Source: Bacteroidota bacterium (GTDB lineage Bacteria; Bacteroidota; Bacteroidia; Bacteroidales; WCHB1-69). Taken from it: a stretch of 64,000 nt of DNA. The notes beneath the pieces are model-generated. The model did no database searches. It worked only from the letters and a program-made list of their open reading frames with translations, and was not told the origin of the DNA. Within the stretch, counting starts at the first letter, position 1. Every line of letters starts with the position of its first letter. Positions 59,543-64,000 of this stretch are shown here, one piece after another. The position numbers and the translations under genes were made by a program. The DNA lies in assembly GCA_023413895.1 (NCBI GenBank), contig JAEZOU010000003.1, positions 62,254-126,253 on the forward strand. The letters run 5' to 3'.

Positions 59543-60364
59543 TTACAGATTCCAAAAAGAGAAATCAATATTAGCTTCAATACTATTTTCAATCTTATCG
59601 TCTAGTTGCGGAAAGAAATCTATTTTTGTCATTGCCTCCACCTCATCAACGGTTTTGCAGAAAGTTTTTAAAGGTCGCGTTCCGGCCTTGTTTTCAAAGT
59701 AAAAGCCGATAGCTTGATAGGTTCCGCCCATAGGAATCAACAATACCTTATAGAAAGCTTCAGGTACTGAAATATCACAACTTCCAATTACTGAACAATT
59801 TGAAGACACAATAGGTCCACAAACCACATAAACAGATCCATATTGTTGCGCCCAATTGCGCACCTTCTCCTCCAAACTTTTCCAAACACCAGCATTTAGA
59901 TTATGATTTTGAGGACAAATATTAGACAGATAAAAACTCTCTCGCATTGCTTGTTCGTCCCACTTCATATCTCCAGCAGGGGCCATGTGGCCGCGATCAT
60001 AACCTGAATTGGAGTAATCGCGAGTTTCCGGGCAAACACCACGAACTTCTGGGTCAGGAATAAAATGTCGCGCTCGTTCACATGTTCCTTCACTCTCAAA
60101 CTTTGTGAGTTCATACGCTACCCAATTGGGAATTCGCCAATCTGCATTGTAGCTCACCGTAAACCCCTTATGTTCAACAACCTGCGATGTTCTATTTTGA
60201 GTAAAAACAGGAATTTCTAACTTATCTATCTGAACTATTTCAAAATATTCCTTCTCCTCAGCTGCTATATTTTTCTTAGTTTGTGCCAAGAATAGCAACA
60301 ATAAAACAATTCCCAAAACAATTACCAACATCGACACCGCTGGTGATTTTAATCTCTTTGCCAT
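59543..60364 (-). CDS. DNA/RNA non-specific endonuclease (NucA/EndoG-type, beta-beta-alpha-Me), membrane-anchored/secreted
   Basis: The start is taken at MAKRLKSPAVSMLVIVLG (60364), 24 nt downstream of a minus-strand TAATTTTG box (60388-60395). The catalytic motif is SGYDRGHMAPAGD, followed by NICPQNHNLN. Confidence 0.8.
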   Translation of the reverse strand: MAKRLKSPAVSMLVIVLGIVLLLLFLAQTKKNIAAEEKEYFEIVQIDKLEIPVFTQNRTSQVVEHKGFTVSYNADWRIPNWVAYELTKFESEGTCERARHFIPDPEVRGVCPETRDYSNSGYDRGHMAPAGDMKWDEQAMRESFYLSNICPQNHNLNAGVWKSLEEKVRNWAQQYGSVYVVCGPIVSSNCSVIGSCDISVPEAFYKVLLIPMGGTYQAIGFYFENKAGTRPLKTFCKTVDEVEAMTKIDFFPQLDDKIENSIEANIDFSFWNL

Positions 60365-60435
60365 CTTATAATTTTTAGAATTTTGTGCAAAATTACAATT
60401 TTTATTAATGTGAAAAAGATTTATAAAAATTATTA

Positions 60436-60609
60436 GGGCGTGCCGGCTTTTCCCACGCACAAGCCACCGCGCTGCCGTCAGGCTTTCCGCTCAAATTTCG
60501 CGCCTCTTTCTCTCGCTACAATTTCTCTTTAAAATCCAATTTCTAAGCTTCAAGCTCTAAATTCTAAAATTCATGGCCGGCGCTCATAACCGCTGCAATC
60601 CTTCACGCA
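60436..60609 (-). repeat. GC-rich interspersed intergenic repeat, copy 4 (inverted orientation)
   Basis: The reverse complement reads GCGTGAAGGATTGCAGCGGTTATGAGCGCCGG ... GGCGCGAAATTTGAGCGGAAAGCCTGACGGCA ... GTGCGTGGGAAAAGCCGGCACGCCC. It lies between the divergent nuclease and hydF-like promoters. Confidence 0.85.
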
Positions 60610-60734
60610 CCCATTTGCCTCTACCTCATTGCACTTGCAACAAACACCTCTTGCGTTCTAAAAAACACAAACTTCCAAATACCAAAAGCTTCTGAAAGAT
60701 TCTCAAAACATTCTTTAAATAGCAAAAAAAATCA

Positions 60735-60742
60735 TACTTTTG
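60735..60742 (+). promoter_or_regulatory. -7 promoter box for the HydF-like gene
   Basis: TACTTTTG lies 36 nt upstream of the ATG at 60778. Confidence 0.5.
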
Positions 60743-60777
60743 CCACCCAAACTCTACTCGCATAAAAAGAGAATACA

Positions 60778-61968
60778 ATGAAAGCATCAAGCATACATAT
60801 CGGCATTTTCGGCAGAAGGAATCAAGGCAAAAGTGCACTCATCAATGCGTTAGCGGGACAAGAGATTGCGATAGTTTCTGACACTGCTGGCACCACCACT
60901 GATCCCGTAAAAAAATCGATTGAAATTTTTGGCATTGGACCAACAATTTTAGTGGATACAGCAGGCATTGACGACATTGGCACATTGGGAGAAATGCGGG
61001 TGCAGAGGAGCTTTGAGGCGATAAAAACCATTGACATTGCACTATTAGTTACCGCAGGAGAACAAGTGGGGGCACCTGAAGAACAAGTAATTGCGGAACT
61101 CCATCGCTTTAACATCCCTTTCATTTGGGTTTACAATAAATCAGACTTACGCCCAATACCAACCTCATTACAACAACAATTTGAGCAAAGTCATGCACCT
61201 TGGGTAAGTTGCAGTGCACAGACAAAAGCGGGAATCGAAGAACTTATCCGAAAAATTGTCGAAATTACCCCTGCAAGTATGCATCAACGCCCCACCCTAT
61301 TGGGCGACCTCATTCCTAAAAATGCGGTAGTACTTTTAGTGATGCCGCAAGATGCTGAGGCACCTGAAGGACGCCTAATTCTTCCACAAGTACAAACCCT
61401 GCGCGACCTTCTCGACAATCACGCTATCACTATTGCAATACAGCCTGAAGAGTTGCGCACTACGCTTCAAAAAATCACTCCAGACTTAATTATCACTGAT
61501 AGTCAAGTTTTTGAGTATGTATCCCAAAATATACCTAAAGAGATTCCACTAACGAGTTTCAGTATTCTTTTAGCGCGAGCAAAGGGGAACTTTGAACTCT
61601 TTTTACAAGGAACCTCTTATATTTCACAACTCAAAGATGGTGATAATATCTTAATTCTAGAATCCTGCACACACACCACCTCTTGTGGTGACATTGGACG
61701 TCATAAACTTCCAAATCTGCTCCAAAAAGTAACGGGGAAACAACTTCGCTTTACCTTTGTTGCCTCTTTAGACCCGCTTCCTGAACTTACCGACATATCC
61801 TTCGCTATTCAATGTGGTGGTTGTATGGTTACACGCAAGCAATTGCAAAACCGCATTTTACAAATCGTTGAAGCAGGAATTCCTATTTCAAACTACGGAA
61901 TGGCATTAGCATTGCTAACTGGAATTTTTGAACGCGCAACGCAGATTTTCCTGAAACTGACGGAATAA
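60778..61968 (+). CDS. hydF: [FeFe]-hydrogenase maturation GTPase HydF-like protein
   Basis: 396 aa. The N-terminal GTPase motifs are GRRNQGKSALINAL, TTTDPV, DTAGIDD and NKSD. The C-terminal cluster-binding region has ESCTH...QCGGC, against a family consensus of CxH...HCxxC. Confidence 0.65.
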   Translation: MKASSIHIGIFGRRNQGKSALINALAGQEIAIVSDTAGTTTDPVKKSIEIFGIGPTILVDTAGIDDIGTLGEMRVQRSFEAIKTIDIALLVTAGEQVGAPEEQVIAELHRFNIPFIWVYNKSDLRPIPTSLQQQFEQSHAPWVSCSAQTKAGIEELIRKIVEITPASMHQRPTLLGDLIPKNAVVLLVMPQDAEAPEGRLILPQVQTLRDLLDNHAITIAIQPEELRTTLQKITPDLIITDSQVFEYVSQNIPKEIPLTSFSILLARAKGNFELFLQGTSYISQLKDGDNILILESCTHTTSCGDIGRHKLPNLLQKVTGKQLRFTFVASLDPLPELTDISFAIQCGGCMVTRKQLQNRILQIVEAGIPISNYGMALALLTGIFERATQIFLKLTE

Positions 61969-61978
61969 AAAAAAACTC

Positions 61979-61986
61979 TATTTTTG
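61979..61986 (+). promoter_or_regulatory. -7 promoter box for the yhhQ-like gene
   Basis: TATTTTTG lies 89 nt upstream of the ATG at 62075, implying an ~80-nt leader. Confidence 0.5.
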
Positions 61987-61991
61987 CATCC

Positions 61992-62074
61992 TCGTTTCTA
62001 ACAACGAATGGCAGTTCGAAACCCTCCTGCCAGATAATGAGAATTTTATCGAAACAAAACTAACGGAATTAAAA
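61992..62074 (+). promoter_or_regulatory. structured 5' leader (two hairpins, possible pseudoknot); candidate cis-regulatory RNA
   Basis: Hairpin 1 is TCGTT-tctaac-AACGA (61992-62007). Hairpin 2 is TGGCAG-ttcgaaaccctc-CTGCCA (62009-62032). The loop sequence UUCGA can pair with UCGAA at 62049-62053. An A-rich tail ACAAAACUAA sits at 62054-62063. Confidence 0.35.
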
Positions 62075-62782
62075 ATGAATGAAATTCTTCTCATCTCATC
62101 CCTACTTTTTATTTACGGGACAACACTCTTGGCGTATCGTTTCCTCGGACGCGCAGGACTTTTCGGCATGACCGTTGCCGTCACAATTTTAGCCAATATT
62201 GAAGTGGTAATTCTCATTACAGCATTCGGCATTGAGCAAACATTAGGCAACGTTTTATTTGCAACAACATTCCTCATCACGGATATCCTTTCTGAATGCG
62301 AAGGGAAAAAATACGCCAATCGTGCGGTTGTAATGGGGCTTTGGGCTTCTCTATTCTTCTTGATAATCTCCCAAAGTTGGCGAATGTATCAACCATCTAT
62401 CAACGACACAATGCACCCGATGGTTTACCAACTCTTCTCTTTGACACCGCGTATTATCATTGCCTCATTTATTGCCTTTGCCATCAGTCAGTTTTTTGAC
62501 GTGTGGATTTACCACAAATGGTGGCAATTTACTGAAAAGCGAACAGGCTCTCGTCATCGCTTCCTTTGGATACGCAACAATGGCTCTACACTCATCAGTC
62601 AATTCTTTAATACTCTTATTTTCACGGCTATAGCATTTACAGGCATTTATAACTTCAAAACCTTATTCTATATCTTTACCTCCTCTTATATCATTTATTT
62701 CATTGCTAGCTTGCTAGACACACCAATTGTATATTGGGCACGAAAAATCAAAGAAAAACAAAGTCGAACTGAAATAAAATAA
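62075..62782 (+). CDS. yhhQ: YhhQ/COG1738-family queuosine-precursor (preQ0/preQ1) transporter
   Basis: 235 aa polytopic protein. The family-like motifs are FATTFLITDILSE, AFAISQFFDVWIYH and RNNGSTLISQFFNTLIFT. Confidence 0.7.
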   Translation: MNEILLISSLLFIYGTTLLAYRFLGRAGLFGMTVAVTILANIEVVILITAFGIEQTLGNVLFATTFLITDILSECEGKKYANRAVVMGLWASLFFLIISQSWRMYQPSINDTMHPMVYQLFSLTPRIIIASFIAFAISQFFDVWIYHKWWQFTEKRTGSRHRFLWIRNNGSTLISQFFNTLIFTAIAFTGIYNFKTLFYIFTSSYIIYFIASLLDTPIVYWARKIKEKQSRTEIK

Positions 62783-62814
62783 AAAGTCGGCGTAGTGTGT
62801 GCTACGCCGACTTT
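62783..62814. terminator. strong bidirectional hairpin between convergent genes
   Basis: AAAGTCGGCGTAG-tgtgtg-CTACGCCGACTTT, a perfect 13-bp stem. Confidence 0.7.
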
Positions 62815-62833
62815 CGAATATTAAATTTCAAAA

Positions 62834-63292
62834 TTAGTTTAATTCTCCATTAAACTCTAAAATTCTCACTTGAGTTGTTAATGTTGCTATCAACTCAACT
62901 TCATATTTAACCTCTAAATGAAGAGACGAACCGTTAAACTTAGCCGTTACAATTACATTCTTGATATTTTCTTCTGCACTATTCAACAAATTAGTCATAC
63001 CTGTATTTTGGGTAAGAGATGCGAAAAGTGTGGTTAACAACTCTACATTATCGGTATTAGCCGTAAAAGTATTATCACCTGTATAATCCATTGGGAGAAC
63101 GTAGTAAAGTAGAATACCATCCTGCACGACAGGATTTTCACCAATCATCACCTTACCTTCTTTAGAGGTGCTTTGAGAAATTAATGTAAATGTTCCGTGG
63201 TAAGTACCTTTTACTTTAGATCCTTCGCCACCAAAATTACAAGATGTAAGTCCTAAAATTAGAACCATCAAAATAGGTAAAATTTTTTTCAT
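62834..63292 (-). CDS. hypothetical lipoprotein
   Basis: 152 aa with a signal peptide and lipobox (LGLTSCN). No other motif recognised. Confidence 0.5.
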   Translation of the reverse strand: MKKILPILMVLILGLTSCNFGGEGSKVKGTYHGTFTLISQSTSKEGKVMIGENPVVQDGILLYYVLPMDYTGDNTFTANTDNVELLTTLFASLTQNTGMTNLLNSAEENIKNVIVTAKFNGSSLHLEVKYEVELIATLTTQVRILEFNGELN

Positions 63293-63439
63293 ATTCTGTG
63301 ATTTTTAATTATTAAATTGGCTGCAAAAGTACATAAATTATCTTTTCTAATCACAAATAAAGAGAGTTAAGTTTAAAACTTATCAAGAATAAAAGTTGAT
63401 AAAAAAAACCAACATATAAATATATATTATATTATTTTG

Positions 63440-63447
63440 TATTTTTG
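63440..63447 (+). promoter_or_regulatory. -7 promoter box for pheT
   Basis: TATTTTTG lies 36 nt upstream of the ATG at 63484. Confidence 0.5.
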
Positions 63448-63483
63448 CCGCCTTAAAATCACTATAAATAAATTGACAAAACA

Positions 63484-64000
63484 ATGAAAATATCTTTCAA
63501 TTGGCTGAAACAATATTTAAGTTTCGACTTGAACCCGGAAGAAACCGGAAAACTCCTCACAAATTGTGGATTAGAAGTTGAGAATATCGAACTTTTTGAA
63601 ACCATCAAAGGTGGACTCAAAGGGTTAGTTGTAGGTGAAGTTTTAACCTGCGAAGATCATCCGGATTCGGACCATCTCCACGTTACTACAGTTGACGTTG
63701 GCGGCGAAAAGATTTTAGACATTGTTTGCGGAGCACCCAATGTAGCAGCAGGACAAAAAGTTATTGTTGCAACCATTGGAACAATACTTTACGATGACGA
63801 CAAGCCCTTCACCATTAAGAAATCAAAGATTCGCGGTTGCGTATCAGAAGGTATGATTTGCGCTGAAGATGAAATTGGAGTAGGTTCAGCACACGATGGC
63901 ATTATGGTTTTACCTGCTGATGCCAAAGTTGGAACGCCCGCTGCTGACTACTTCAAAATTGAAAGCGACTATATTTTCGAGATTGGACTAACACCGAACC
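63484..64000 (+). CDS. pheT: phenylalanine--tRNA ligase beta subunit, 3'-truncated by the window edge
   Basis: Absent from the ORF track because there is no stop in the window. The translation MKISFNWLKQYLSFDL...VVGEVLTCEDHPDSDHLHVTTVDVG...DIVCGAPNVAAGQKV...IRGCVSEGMICAEDE is the canonical PheT N-terminal tRNA-binding domain. Confidence 0.9.
   Translation, partial: MKISFNWLKQYLSFDLNPEETGKLLTNCGLEVENIELFETIKGGLKGLVVGEVLTCEDHPDSDHLHVTTVDVGGEKILDIVCGAPNVAAGQKVIVATIGTILYDDDKPFTIKKSKIRGCVSEGMICAEDEIGVGSAHDGIMVLPADAKVGTPAADYFKIESDYIFEIGLTPN

Noticed and set aside
60365-60460. N-terminal extension of the nuclease ORF into the repeat region
   Set aside because: The extension crosses a TAATTTTG promoter box and enters repeat copy 4. 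The Met at 60364 begins a proper signal/anchor sequence.
62009-62063. Direct call of a preQ1-I riboswitch upstream of yhhQ
   Set aside because: The loop begins UUC and a preQ1-I-like A-rich tail exists. The tail, however, is ~20 nt too far from the hairpin, and the canonical P2 pairing (loop UAG with tail CUA) is absent. It is kept only as an unclassified candidate.
1-64000. Mobile elements, prophage, defence islands, CRISPR-Cas
   Set aside because: No transposase, integrase, recombinase, phage structural, restriction-modification or cas-like translation was seen in any listed ORF. Apart from the four repeat copies, composition looks uniform.

Overview
The window reads as a chromosomal segment of a low-GC (roughly high-30s % by eye) anaerobic Bacteroidota, Bacteroidales-like organism. 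This is inferred from four things: many TAnnTTTG -7 promoter boxes placed 20-40 nt upstream of starts, a T9SS C-terminal sorting domain, an rpmG-DUF4295 pair, and TonB-dependent/carboxypeptidase-regulatory-like outer membrane proteins. No database search was possible. All calls rest on reading the ORF translations and the DNA by eye.

Gene content is mostly housekeeping:
- Core metabolism and translation: gap, gyrA, tRNA-Glu, pyrE, obg, rpmG, rpmB, rplY, sdaA, rpe, pruA, mtnN, dus, and the pheT 5' end.
- Fatty-acid and acyl-CoA genes: fabH-fabF-fabZ and acyl-CoA dehydrogenase-etfA-etfB.
- Envelope and efflux: an MBOAT + two SGNH gene set, a PpiD-like chaperone, a CzcBAC-type RND efflux operon, an Omp85-like protein and two TonB-dependent receptors.
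- Others: methylmalonyl-CoA carboxyltransferase, an ECF sigma/anti-sigma pair, a non-specific nuclease, a HydF-like GTPase and a YhhQ-family transporter.

I found no transposase, integrase, phage genes, CRISPR array or recognisable defence system.

The observations most worth a second look are:
1. A ~170-bp GC-rich interspersed intergenic repeat present in four copies. Its termini can pair, one copy carries a compensatory double change in that pairing, and the core is a TAGAAyy heptamer microsatellite.
2. A helically phased array of GKGGTRAAWT direct repeats next to a membrane-anchored LytTR regulator gene. The same motif recurs upstream of the etfB-etfA-acd operon.
3. A 1376-aa protein in a tight operon with gap. 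It joins an unrecognised ~880-aa N-terminal region to a PPDK-type ATP-grasp plus phosphohistidine swivel module and has no PEP/pyruvate domain.
4. A flavin-reductase-rubredoxin-flavodiiron triple fusion.
5. A lipoprotein gene whose start codon is out of frame because of an A5 run.
6. A structured leader upstream of the queuosine-precursor transporter gene.
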